DNA from: Coraliomargaritaceae bacterium
GTDB lineage: Bacteria > Verrucomicrobiota > Verrucomicrobiia > Opitutales > Coraliomargaritaceae
Assembly: GCA_045565635.1 (NCBI GenBank)
Contig: JBJLEY010000019.1
Coordinates: 4,280-68,279 of the forward strand
Direction: 5' to 3'
DNA: 64,000 nucleotides
The translations under genes and the position numbers were made by a program. A model generated the notes under the pieces. That model did no database searches. It saw only the letters and a list, made by a program, of their open reading frames with translations, and had not been told where the DNA came from. Shown here in pieces: positions 20,170-29,206 of this stretch (its first letter is position 1; each line of letters opens with the position of its first letter).

Positions 20170-20979
20170 GTGGAAACAGACTTTATAATATTAGGATCAA
20201 GTAGTAACGGAAACTCAGCATTTTTGAATACAGGCAATAGCAAAATCTTGATTGATGCGGGATTTTCAGGGAAACAGATTAACGAGAAACTAAAAACCAT
20301 CGGGGAATCTGTAGACAGCTTAGATGCCGTTTTTTTAACACATGAACACAGTGATCATTCCCAAGGCATACGTGGTATGAGTAAGCGATATGATCTGCCA
20401 ATATTTGCAAATCGGGACACCGCCGATGCTATTCAGGCAAAGTTCAAAAAGAACATTAATTGGAAAATCTTTGAAACAGGAACTGATTTTACTTTCCGTG
20501 ATATTAAAATCAGGTCTTATTCGCTCCCACATGATGCTTATGATCCAGTTGGGTTTAATTTTTATTGGGGTATCTCCGATGATTTATTCTCAAAACAAGG
20601 CAGTTTGGCATGGGTAACTGACCTTGGATACATCCCAGAACACGTTAAAATCCAAGTCCGAGATGTGCAAACACTTGTGATAGAGTCTAACTTTGAAGAA
20701 TGCTTGCTCAAAGAAGATACTAAAAGACCTTTATCGATTAAACAAAGAATTAGAGGCCGCCATGGTCACCTCTCAAATGAGGATACTTTACAATTTCTTA
20801 ACGAAGCTATCGCGGGATCAAAAATTGAATGCATTCATATTGCACACCTGAGTAAAGATTGTAATCAGATTGAACTTGTTCTAGAAAACAGCCGAAAATT
20901 AAAAGAGAAATACGCACATTTAGAAATACATGTTGTTGACCCCAATCTCGAATTCGCTCTAACTAGCGGGAAAATTTAA
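20170..20979 (+). CDS. MBL-fold metallo-hydrolase (YycJ-like)
   Basis: The HxHxDH motif is present as [11 protein letters not shown], and a C-terminal HGHLSN is typical of this beta-lactamase-fold family. GTG start. Confidence 0.8.
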   Translation: METDFIILGSSSNGNSAFLNTGNSKILIDAGFSGKQINEKLKTIGESVDSLDAVFLTHEHSDHSQGIRGMSKRYDLPIFANRDTADAIQAKFKKNINWKIFETGTDFTFRDIKIRSYSLPHDAYDPVGFNFYWGISDDLFSKQGSLAWVTDLGYIPEHVKIQVRDVQTLVIESNFEECLLKEDTKRPLSIKQRIRGRHGHLSNEDTLQFLNEAIAGSKIECIHIAHLSKDCNQIELVLENSRKLKEKYAHLEIHVVDPNLEFALTSGKI

Positions 20980-20995
20980 AAATGGGTAAAACTAA

Positions 20996-22423
20996 ATGAA
21001 AAAGACTACACAAAAAACAAAAATTATTTTTACCATCGGTCCTGCAACCGAATCGGAAGAAACCCTAGAGGCAATGATCAACGAAGGTGTTGATATATGC
21101 AGAATAAATATGGCCCACGCTGACCATGATTGGACAAGAAAGATTGTGAGCCGAGTCCGCTCTGTTTGCGAACGAGTCGGTCGCCACATTGCCATTATGA
21201 TGGATGTCAAAGGTCCTGAAGTTAGAACAGGCGATGTTTCAGAAACATTTCATTTGGAGAAAGATGAAATATTTTATTTTACTTATGGTGTCGGTATAGG
21301 CGGGAAAACAGCCAATGGACATAGACGAGTTGATGTTAATTATCCTGACTTTTATCGTGATATCGCTGTAGGCAATACTGTATTAGTTGATAGCGGCTTA
21401 ATTCGACTTGAAGTACTCAGCATTGATAATACTGATGTCAAATGTAAGGTTGTCATACCAGGACCCCTAGGAAATCGTAGACATATTAATCTACCTGGAG
21501 TGTATGTTAAGCTACCATCGCTAACGAAAAAAGACCAAGGTGATGTGGATGTAGGAGTTGAGCTCAATATTGAATTCTACGCCCTATCGTTTGTTCGTGA
21601 GCCCAATGACATTACTAAGCTCAAGGATTACTTAGAAGCAAAGGGTTCCGAAGGAAAAGTAATTGCAAAAATTGAAGATCAACAAGCGATTACCAATTTA
21701 GATGAAATCATCAAAACCTCTGATGGACTCATGGTGGCTCGAGGCGACCTTGGAGTAGAATGCTCATTCGAGGAATTGCCGGCAATTCAATCAAAAGCAA
21801 TTAAGATTTCCATTAATGAAACCAAGCCCGTTATTGTTGCGACACAAATGCTTGAAAGTATGATTGAATCACCGATGCCAACTCGGGCAGAGATTAGTGA
21901 TATTGCTAATGCCGTACGAGAACAGGCAGACTGCATCATGCTTTCCGGAGAAACAACTATTGGAAAATATCCCGTCGAATGCGTGAATACAATGAACCGT
22001 ATTGCTTCTTGTATTGAAGCCGAAGAGGATTTAGACCCAGCAAGGTTACGAACCGATATAGTTCTGCGACTACCTAAGTCAAAAATGCTACGCTCGGCAG
22101 CTCAACTGGCAATTGATCTAGATGCTGCTATTGTTGTGTTTACAAGAAAAGGATTATTCCCGCTCAAGCTAGCCGCATTAAGACCTCAAATCCCAATTTA
22201 TGCATTCACCGACAAGCCGACTCTCTTTAAGCAATTGCTGCTTTTACGTGGTATTGAACCATTCTATATGGACTTTGTGAGTGATCATGAAGAAACTATT
22301 CAAAAAGCTTTCAGCATATTGAAAGAGAAAAAATGGTCTGCAAAAGGAGACCCAATTGTAGTCGTTACTAAAATGCATGCCGGTGAAGAATTAATTGATA
22401 CGACACAAATTCGTACAATTTAA
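20996..22423 (+). CDS. pyk: Pyruvate kinase
   Basis: The blocks [31 protein letters not shown] and [12 protein letters not shown] are classic pyruvate kinase motifs. Length is 475 aa. Confidence 0.9.
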   Translation: MKKTTQKTKIIFTIGPATESEETLEAMINEGVDICRINMAHADHDWTRKIVSRVRSVCERVGRHIAIMMDVKGPEVRTGDVSETFHLEKDEIFYFTYGVGIGGKTANGHRRVDVNYPDFYRDIAVGNTVLVDSGLIRLEVLSIDNTDVKCKVVIPGPLGNRRHINLPGVYVKLPSLTKKDQGDVDVGVELNIEFYALSFVREPNDITKLKDYLEAKGSEGKVIAKIEDQQAITNLDEIIKTSDGLMVARGDLGVECSFEELPAIQSKAIKISINETKPVIVATQMLESMIESPMPTRAEISDIANAVREQADCIMLSGETTIGKYPVECVNTMNRIASCIEAEEDLDPARLRTDIVLRLPKSKMLRSAAQLAIDLDAAIVVFTRKGLFPLKLAALRPQIPIYAFTDKPTLFKQLLLLRGIEPFYMDFVSDHEETIQKAFSILKEKKWSAKGDPIVVVTKMHAGEELIDTTQIRTI

Positions 22424-22466
22424 ACATAAAGCGTAAGCAGTTTTAATAATTAACGATGTATCTTAT

Positions 22467-22970
22467 GTGAAGTTAATATACGCGTTATTATTTTTTACAC
22501 TTACAATTATGTTTGCATCCTCAGAAGATACCACTCTTACGATAGGAGACTCCGTACCAAACGTTGTCGCCCTTGATCACGATAACAATGAATTTGATTT
22601 CAAAGCAAATTTATCAGAAAAAGTTTCGGTAGTTTTCTTCTACCCTAAAGCACATACACCAGGGTGCACGCTTCAAGCATGCAGCATGAGAGATTCGTTT
22701 TCCGAACTAAATGAAAAAGGCATTCAAGTCATTGGGGTGTCTTCCGATCGCCCTGATTCCCAAAAATCATTCAAAGACAAATACTCACTGCCTTATGCCT
22801 TAATATCAGATAAAGGCGGAGTCGTGGCCAAAGCATTTGGAAAAGGTAAATGGAGCCGACAAGCGTATATATTTTCAGAAGGTAAGCTTATTTGGAAAGA
22901 TACGAAGGGAGCCACATCTAAACAAGGGGACGAGGCAAAAGCTGCACTCGCTTCATTCGATTTATTCTAA
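22467..22970 (+). CDS. bcp: Peroxiredoxin, Bcp-type, with N-terminal signal-like segment
   Basis: The motif FFYPKAHTPGCTLQAC contains the peroxidatic Cys context PxxxTPGC. The hydrophobic N-terminus is MKLIYALLFFTLTIMFASS. GTG start. Confidence 0.8.
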   Translation: MKLIYALLFFTLTIMFASSEDTTLTIGDSVPNVVALDHDNNEFDFKANLSEKVSVVFFYPKAHTPGCTLQACSMRDSFSELNEKGIQVIGVSSDRPDSQKSFKDKYSLPYALISDKGGVVAKAFGKGKWSRQAYIFSEGKLIWKDTKGATSKQGDEAKAALASFDLF

Positions 22971-22974
22971 AAGA

Positions 22975-23937
22975 TTAGAAATAAAACGCTTCCGACAGCT
23001 CTTGTTCAGGGAGCATCGTCTTTATTTGCATGGACAATTCTTTGACAGCTCCGTCAAAGTTATGCCTTAGATGACTGATTGAAGAGTCCTCAAACTGAAC
23101 CCACTTAATGAATCGTCCATCTAGGTATTCTATTTCCAGACTAAGTCGTTGATTTGAATTAGGCTCAAGCTCGGATAATTTTGACTCAACTGACCCATCC
23201 TCATCACATTTCAGGCAGTGCTCTAACCACTGCATTAAATGAAATGCGTCACCTTTTTGATTTAATGCAGAGCAGACGGTAACCAAACGTAAATCCTTAC
23301 TTAGTAAGTCAAACGGAATCCCGCTCAAATATTGCCCAATTGCTTGGCGTATGGGTAACAATCTCGCTCGTGCTAAATCAACTACTTTTTTAGGGTTAGG
23401 CCACGGCAAATCTCGAATCGGATAAGACTCAATATTACTATCGAAAACAATACGATGCACACGCTTCAATAAATAATCAAAATACTTAACCACTCGCTCA
23501 GGTCGAACCTCCGAAAACCAATGATAAATAGGTAAATCTGACTCTAGCCATACCGAAACTTGATTGAATAAAAATCCGTTATCTTCAGAAGAAAAACCGA
23601 GTATTAATGCTTCGCAACAACACATTTCTCGATGTGAGTATCCAATGAAACATTGGCTAAATAATTTGGCCTTCATCGGCTGATTTTTCTCAGTAAAAGG
23701 ACATAATACAATAATTCGACTCGGGTAGCGTTGAGCAAAGCGAACGGCAACCTCAAAGCGAGCTTTCGCATCATTTGGCGAAACAGTGCGCCCAAAATGT
23801 AAGACTAAGTTCATTTGAGATGCACGAAATTCTGAAAGCGCTGTTTCGTTATTGCCTTCCCACATTTTTGACAACTCTTGCGATACAGCACCTACGGGAA
23901 GTTCAATCCCCGGCAAAACATCTATTAACTCAGTCAT
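22975..23937 (-). CDS. opcA: Glucose-6-phosphate dehydrogenase assembly protein OpcA-like
   Basis: The gene lies immediately downstream of zwf on the same strand (39-nt gap). The 320-aa ORF has the general OpcA pattern: an early RASQMNLVLH block, then ..YPSRIIVL.., then ..VWLESDLPIYHWF. Assignment rests on context plus weak motif similarity. Confidence 0.55.
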   Translation of the reverse strand: MTELIDVLPGIELPVGAVSQELSKMWEGNNETALSEFRASQMNLVLHFGRTVSPNDAKARFEVAVRFAQRYPSRIIVLCPFTEKNQPMKAKLFSQCFIGYSHREMCCCEALILGFSSEDNGFLFNQVSVWLESDLPIYHWFSEVRPERVVKYFDYLLKRVHRIVFDSNIESYPIRDLPWPNPKKVVDLARARLLPIRQAIGQYLSGIPFDLLSKDLRLVTVCSALNQKGDAFHLMQWLEHCLKCDEDGSVESKLSELEPNSNQRLSLEIEYLDGRFIKWVQFEDSSISHLRHNFDGAVKELSMQIKTMLPEQELSEAFYF

Positions 23938-23976
23938 TTCTTTATCTTAAAATTTCAAACCTTGCATGGACTCAAC

Positions 23977-25518
23977 TTAACCCGAATGCCTCCATTCGTG
24001 ATTCTTTTTTGACAATAATTCGTCACTCAATTCCGGGCCCCAAGATCCTGCAACATAAGGCTCTAATCCTTTAGTACCAAGACTGTCCCAATGATCAAGA
24101 ACTGGAGACAATAATTTCCAAGAAGCTTCTGTTTCATCCCCTCGGATAAACAATGTACTATCCCCAATCATTGCATCTAAAATTAAACGTTCGTAAGCCT
24201 CTGGTGTATTTGATCCAAATGTAGTCGCATAACGGAAATGCATTTTTACAGGTTGCATACGAGTTTCCAGTCCTGGCACTTTTGAATTCATGACTATGGT
24301 AACTCCCTCGTTGGGCTGAATCTGAATCACCATGGTATTATCAGAAACATTGAACCGCCCTTCCTCAGAAAATAAAATTCCTGGAGGACGTTTAAAGCGA
24401 ATTGCAATTTCGCTCGTTCTTCGTGCCATTCGTTTCCCGGAGCGAATATAAAAAGGCACGCCCTTCCAACGCCAATTATTGATCATCAAACGAAGGGCAG
24501 CATAGGTCTCGGTTGAAGACTCTTCTGGAATGCCCTCCTCTTCAAGGTAGCCTTTGACCTCTTCTCCGTTGACTAATCCGTGCGTATATCGAGCGCGGAT
24601 CACATCCGACTCCTCTCCATCTAAATTCAAGGGCTGTATCGAACGTATTACCTTAACTTTTTCATCACGAATTGATTCAGGGTCCAAAGAAACAGGTGGC
24701 TCCATCGCCGTTAAAGCCACTAATTGCATCGTGTGATTTTGGATCATATCTCTTAATGCACCACTCGTATCATAATAACCACCACGACTGCCTACGCCTA
24801 ATTTTTCGGCAACTGTTATTTGTACACATTCGACATATTCTCTATTCCATATAGGCTCAAATATTGCATTAGCAAACCGTTGAACCAAAAGATCTTGAAC
24901 GGTTTCCTTTCCCAAATAATGGTCGATTCGGAATACTTGCGATTCTTCAAATACGCTGTTGATGAGGTGGTTTAAATTTTGCGCACTGTTTAAGTCTCGT
25001 CCAAAAGGCTTTTCAATAATTACTTTAGAAGCTAAAGGTGTATCTATATTAGCCTGCGCAAGCCCGCTCTTACCTAAACATTCTATAATTGGCTCAAAGA
25101 CACTTGGAGGTGTAGAAATATAAAATATTCGTTGTACCTTTCGACCTAGCGTGGCTTCAATTTCGTCTATTTGCTTTGCTAATCGCTTATAACCCTCGAT
25201 ATCTCCATAATCTGCCGAGGCGTAAAACATAACATCTCGAACACGTTGCCATATTTCTGATTTTATGGGACGGCGTGAATGCTCTTTAATCGAGGCCTCC
25301 ATAGCATCACGAAAATCCTCATCTGAAATAGCTTTCCGACCAAAACCTATCAAATGAAAATCATTGGGTAATAAATTATCTACACTAAGATTATAAATTG
25401 CCGGAATTAATTTCCGGGCAGTCAAATCGCCCGAAGCACCAAAAATAACCGCGACTGTTGGAACCACGCCTCGGTGCTTACTTAAACCTTCTAAAAATGG
25501 GTGTCTTGATTCTTCCAT
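23977..25518 (-). CDS. zwf: Glucose-6-phosphate 1-dehydrogenase
   Basis: The blocks VIFGASGDLTARKL, the active-site RIDHYLGKE and DMIQNHTMQL are all present. Length is 513 aa. Confidence 0.9.
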   Translation of the reverse strand: MEESRHPFLEGLSKHRGVVPTVAVIFGASGDLTARKLIPAIYNLSVDNLLPNDFHLIGFGRKAISDEDFRDAMEASIKEHSRRPIKSEIWQRVRDVMFYASADYGDIEGYKRLAKQIDEIEATLGRKVQRIFYISTPPSVFEPIIECLGKSGLAQANIDTPLASKVIIEKPFGRDLNSAQNLNHLINSVFEESQVFRIDHYLGKETVQDLLVQRFANAIFEPIWNREYVECVQITVAEKLGVGSRGGYYDTSGALRDMIQNHTMQLVALTAMEPPVSLDPESIRDEKVKVIRSIQPLNLDGEESDVIRARYTHGLVNGEEVKGYLEEEGIPEESSTETYAALRLMINNWRWKGVPFYIRSGKRMARRTSEIAIRFKRPPGILFSEEGRFNVSDNTMVIQIQPNEGVTIVMNSKVPGLETRMQPVKMHFRYATTFGSNTPEAYERLILDAMIGDSTLFIRGDETEASWKLLSPVLDHWDSLGTKGLEPYVAGSWGPELSDELLSKKNHEWRHSG

Positions 25519-25548
25519 AATATGATGTGCAATAATTAAGGAATATAA

Positions 25549-25998
25549 TTAAAATAAAGCAACATTCCTATAGTATGAAATTTCATAGTCTTTTAATCGC
25601 CCATAAGCGATAGAAATAATATCCAAGCGATAAGTTTTAGGCGGGTTCTTTAAGCGTTTTAAATAAGCCAAGGCAGTTTTCCTCAATATCGATTTCTTCC
25701 TCTGACTTATTGAATGCACCCCAGGCACTAAAGATGTCTCTTTTCTTAAACGCACTTCAATAAAAACTAAACAGCCTTCATCTAGACAAATTAGATCAAT
25801 TTCACCACGGCGATTACGCCAATTTTTTGTTATAAAACGAAAGCCCAATTCTTTCTTGCAATAATTTAAAGCCAACCGTTCTCCCTGAGCTCCTTTTTCC
25901 GAGGAACTCATCGAATCCCAGTACTTATAACAAGCTTTTCTCAAAGGGCTTTGCTTAAACAAAGAGAAAACCTTGTCTATCCATCGCATATGAATCAT
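25549..25998 (-). CDS. yraN: YraN family endonuclease (UPF0102)
   Basis: GERLALNYCKKELGFRFITKNWRNRRGEIDLICLDEGCLVFIEVRLR is the typical YraN core. The true start may be a downstream Met. Confidence 0.75.
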   Translation of the reverse strand: MIHMRWIDKVFSLFKQSPLRKACYKYWDSMSSSEKGAQGERLALNYCKKELGFRFITKNWRNRRGEIDLICLDEGCLVFIEVRLRKETSLVPGVHSISQRKKSILRKTALAYLKRLKNPPKTYRLDIISIAYGRLKDYEISYYRNVALF

Positions 25999-26039
25999 TA
26001 GTAATTCCTAGCATAATATATTAGAATCATCAGGCAAAC

Positions 26040-27092
26040 ATCAAAACAACACCCGTCATAGATTACTTAATAATCGGAGCAGGCTTAGCCGGCTCTTCGC
26101 TTGCTTGGCGATTAAATTCAAGAGCTTACTCTTATAAAATCTTTGATGCCCCTAATTTAGCGAGTGCCTCTCAGGTTGCTGCAGGATTTATCAACCCCGT
26201 CACCGGAAAATGGATGACTCAATCCTGGGAAATTGATACTTTAATGCCAATAGCCAAAGCTTTCTATCAAGAAATTGAGCAGGCACTAGGTATTTGCGTA
26301 TATCATAATTTACCAATACGCCGTTATTTTATTAACCAAGATGACCCCACCCGTGCACGACGCAGAATTAAAAATCCTCGATATGCGAATTATTTTGATC
26401 CAATTTTAGAAAAAGGAACTGCCCCGAATGGAATTATAGATGACTATGGAAGCGTCTCTATCCTTCAAGGCAGTTGGGTCAATGTGCCTTATCTTATTCA
26501 AAGTTTAAAGGACTACTTTAATTCACAAGATAGACTTATAGAAGATGCTTTTGATGCGAGCCAGTTAGAAGCAAAAGGTAAGCATTGGAATTATCGAGGC
26601 ATTGAGGCAAAAAATATTATTTTTTGTCAAGGGATACACATACGAGACAATCCTTTTTTCAAAGACCTTCCGATTATCCCAATAAAAGGTGATGTCATAG
26701 ATTTAAGACTGGGAAAAATACAATTATCCCAAGGGCTTTATTATAAAAAACGATGGCTTCATGCTTTAAAATTAAAGGATCAAAGTTTTCTTTATCGGCT
26801 TGGTGCTAGTTATGAAGTTAATAATTTAGATGCTAAGCCTTCTTGTGCAGCCAAAGAAGCATTGATTGAAAACTTAAAAGAAATGCTTGGCGCTGATTGC
26901 CCATTTGAAATTGAAGCACACCGCAGTGGTATCCGTCCCACCACAGAAGACGCTAAACCCATTTTGATAAAGCACCCAATACACGCTTCATTATTTGCCA
27001 TCAATGGACTCGGCTCTAAAGGCTCAGCAACTGCTCCTTACTTATCCAAGCAATTTATGGATAATCTCGAAGAAGCTCCTTCTATAATCTAA
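26040..27092 (+). CDS. FAD-dependent oxidoreductase (DAO family); start codon unresolved (first canonical ATG is at 26214, downstream of the FAD motif)
   Basis: The frame is open from 26025 and encodes IKTTPVIDYLIIGAGLAGSSLAWRL (GxGxxG) upstream of the ORF-track start. There is no in-frame ATG, GTG or TTG between 26025 and 26213. ATC (26040) and ATA (26058) are the only near-cognate options. The C-terminal HRSGIRPTTEDAKPIL...INGLGSKGSATAP is DAO-like. Confidence 0.65.
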   Translation: MKTTPVIDYLIIGAGLAGSSLAWRLNSRAYSYKIFDAPNLASASQVAAGFINPVTGKWMTQSWEIDTLMPIAKAFYQEIEQALGICVYHNLPIRRYFINQDDPTRARRRIKNPRYANYFDPILEKGTAPNGIIDDYGSVSILQGSWVNVPYLIQSLKDYFNSQDRLIEDAFDASQLEAKGKHWNYRGIEAKNIIFCQGIHIRDNPFFKDLPIIPIKGDVIDLRLGKIQLSQGLYYKKRWLHALKLKDQSFLYRLGASYEVNNLDAKPSCAAKEALIENLKEMLGADCPFEIEAHRSGIRPTTEDAKPILIKHPIHASLFAINGLGSKGSATAPYLSKQFMDNLEEAPSII

Positions 27093-27109
27093 ATGATTTA
27101 AATCAAATC

Positions 27110-27688
27110 ATGCGACTGACTGAATATGTACATCTTTGCTTAGAAAAGCGCTTGCGTAGCGGTGATTGCGTACTTGATGCAACCGCCGGCAACGGCTATG
27201 ACACATTAAAAGCGGCCCAATTAGTTCAGCCGGAAGGACAAGTGATTGCCCTCGATATTCAAGAAGCAGCCATTAAGGCGACAGAAGAAAAACTCACTCA
27301 AGCAGGACTTAATACCCTTTGCGAATTTCATCTTGGCAATCATGGCGATCTGCTCAAAGCGCTTAATCAAACATTTGATTCTATCTTATTTAATCTAGGC
27401 TATCTACCAGGGAGCGATAAGACAACTATCACGACTCCTAAAACCACCCTCTCTGCACTCAATCAAAGCCAAAAACTTCTCAAAGAAAACGGGATCCTTT
27501 TTGTCACTGCTTACCGACAACATCCAGGGGGGCTAGAAGAGGCCTCTATTGTTGAAAATTGGATGCAAAAAAAACGTATGGAAAAATGGTTTATTCAATC
27601 GATCAATCCAACAGGCAAAGAATTTAAGTTAAGCCCGATCTTATGGATTGCTTCTAAGTCTTTGATGGAATTACCAAACATTCAATAA
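27110..27688 (+). CDS. mnmM: MnmM (YtqB)-like SAM-dependent methyltransferase (putative tRNA nm5s2U to mnm5s2U methylase)
   Basis: The blocks DATAGNGYDT, ALDIQEAAI and FNLGYLPGSDKTTIT..P.TT..AL match the B. subtilis YtqB blocks as I recall them (DATMGNGHDT, FDIQESAV, FNLGYLPGGDKSITT). Length is 192 aa. Confidence 0.7.
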   Translation: MRLTEYVHLCLEKRLRSGDCVLDATAGNGYDTLKAAQLVQPEGQVIALDIQEAAIKATEEKLTQAGLNTLCEFHLGNHGDLLKALNQTFDSILFNLGYLPGSDKTTITTPKTTLSALNQSQKLLKENGILFVTAYRQHPGGLEEASIVENWMQKKRMEKWFIQSINPTGKEFKLSPILWIASKSLMELPNIQ

Positions 27689-27701
27689 ACTAACTCAGCG
27701 A

Positions 27702-28331
27702 TCATCCTCGCTTAAAAATACTTAATGAAAAATTTATTTTATTTTTAGGGATTAAAATGCCTAAAAAAGATAAAACGCCTAATATCAAAGCATAAGTATT
27801 TGGCTCAGTAAGAATGGTGATAGTTAAGGTTCCATTATTAAAATTTAAGGAAGTCACTATTTCTTCATTGAGACGAAAACCATAATCTTCCAAACGAGCA
27901 TCTTGAATAAACAAAGATCCTTCAAAATATTAATTCTGGATATAATCATTAGGCGTGTATATATTTTCCCCAGAAAATCCTATTTGATAGCCTGTTCGAG
28001 TTATACGACTATTATCAATTTGTGTGAAACTCGACGATCCATCCAAAATTATTGCAGGCGTTGATATGACTGAATGTTGCGCTAATTCACCCCCAGGATT
28101 ATTTAAAAAAAAGTCGGATCCAATTTCTAATGAAGGCAAAGTATCTGGTTCTCCAAATACAATTGAATAAAACCCATAATCAAATGAACCAGACCACCGA
28201 GCTTACAAGCCGGATCGCTCTGGCCCAGTGATATTTTCAAAAATAATATGAATATTTCCTCTACAAAGAGGCAGCATCAAGCCCATGCATAACACAAACT
28301 GAAATAAATTTAGCAATTTATGAAAGTTCAT
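27702..28331 (-). pseudogene. PEP-CTERM-type secreted protein gene interrupted by two in-frame TAA codons
   Basis: A single 210-codon frame has an N-terminal signal (MNFHKLLNLFQFVLCMGLMLPL) and a C-terminal sorting tail TEPNTYALILGVLSFLGILIPKNK (a PEP-CTERM-like P-E-P variant, then a TM helix and basic residues). In-frame stops lie at 28203-28205 and 27930-27932 (plus-strand TTA). Confidence 0.55.
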
Positions 28332-28441
28332 ATAATTATGATTAATGATAAAAGCAATTATGAGATGGGTTATAATGTTATTGTAGTTATTTCCTATAGT
28401 TTATTTTATAGTTCGTCTAAGCATAGTACTAGAGTTAGAGT

Positions 28442-28459
28442 ATATTTCATCTGAAATAT
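28442..28459. promoter_or_regulatory. Perfect 8-2-8 palindrome ATATTTCA-TC-TGAAATAT upstream of thrH
   Basis: Read directly from the sequence. It lies in the AT-rich intergenic region about 120 nt upstream of the thrH start. Confidence 0.3.
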
Positions 28460-28469
28460 TCCATATAAA

Positions 28470-28510
28470 AATTAGCTTTTTTATAATGATAAATAATTAG
28501 CTTTTTTATA
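28470..28510 (+). repeat. Two exact 16-nt direct repeats AATTAGCTTTTTTATA, 25-nt period
   Basis: The copies are at 28470-28485 and 28495-28510. Each runs into a -10-like hexamer (TATAAT at 28482-28487, TATAGT at 28507-28512). Confidence 0.6.
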
Positions 28511-28571
28511 GTATTCGTGGGAATTATTCGAAAAATACCATTGCACTTATTATCAATTTCAAAAACTATCT

Positions 28572-28589
28572 TTGGCATGAGTATGCCAA
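28572..28589 (+). promoter_or_regulatory. 7-bp stem / 4-nt loop hairpin spanning both candidate thrH start codons
   Basis: TTGGCAT-GAGT-ATGCCAA. The left arm contains ATG 28577 and the right arm contains ATG 28583. Confidence 0.35.
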
Positions 28590-29182
28590 TTGTATGTTTA
28601 GATTTAGAAGGAGTTTTAATTCCGGAAATATGGATCGCTTTTGCAGAAAAAACAGGAATTGAAGCCTTAAAACGAACAACTCGAGATGAACCTGATTATG
28701 ATACCTTAATGAAATATCGATTGGATATTTTAAAAGAAAATAATCTAAAGCTTAAAGACATACAGGAGGTAATAGGTACCTTAGACCCTTTGCCTGGAGC
28801 AAAAGAATTTGTTGAATGGGTCACCTCTCAAACCCGATTGGTGATTTTATCTGATACATTCACAGAATTCGCTGGGCCTTTGATGGCAAAGCTAAAATAC
28901 CCTACGCTTTTTTGCCATAATCTTTCCGTCGATGACAATGGCATGATCGCTGATTACTGCTTGCGATTAAAAGACCACAAAAGAAAAGCTGTTGAAGCAT
29001 TTAAAGCTCTGAATTTTAAAACCTTTGCTGCAGGTGATTCATACAATGATCTCAGCATGATAGAAGTTGCCGAACATAAAGCTTTATTTTGCCCTCCAGA
29101 ACGCCTAATTAAAGAGCGTCCTGATTTAGATTTAGCATTAACTCATGCAGATCTTAAATCATTCATCCAACAAATTTTATAA
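28577..29182 (+). CDS. thrH: Phosphoserine phosphatase / homoserine phosphotransferase ThrH (HAD family)
   Basis: MPIVCLDLEGVLIPEIWIAFAEKTGIEALKRTTRDEPDYDTLMKYRLDILKENNLKLKDIQEVI is nearly collinear with Pseudomonas aeruginosa ThrH as I recall it (MEIACLDLEGVLVPEIWIAFAEKTGI..). The start is ATG 28577 or, more like ThrH, ATG 28583. The GTG at 28517 in the ORF track is unlikely. Confidence 0.85.
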   Translation: MSMPIVCLDLEGVLIPEIWIAFAEKTGIEALKRTTRDEPDYDTLMKYRLDILKENNLKLKDIQEVIGTLDPLPGAKEFVEWVTSQTRLVILSDTFTEFAGPLMAKLKYPTLFCHNLSVDDNGMIADYCLRLKDHKRKAVEAFKALNFKTFAAGDSYNDLSMIEVAEHKALFCPPERLIKERPDLDLALTHADLKSFIQQIL

Positions 29183-29206
29183 CCTTTTTATAGCCTTTTC
29201 TGTCCT

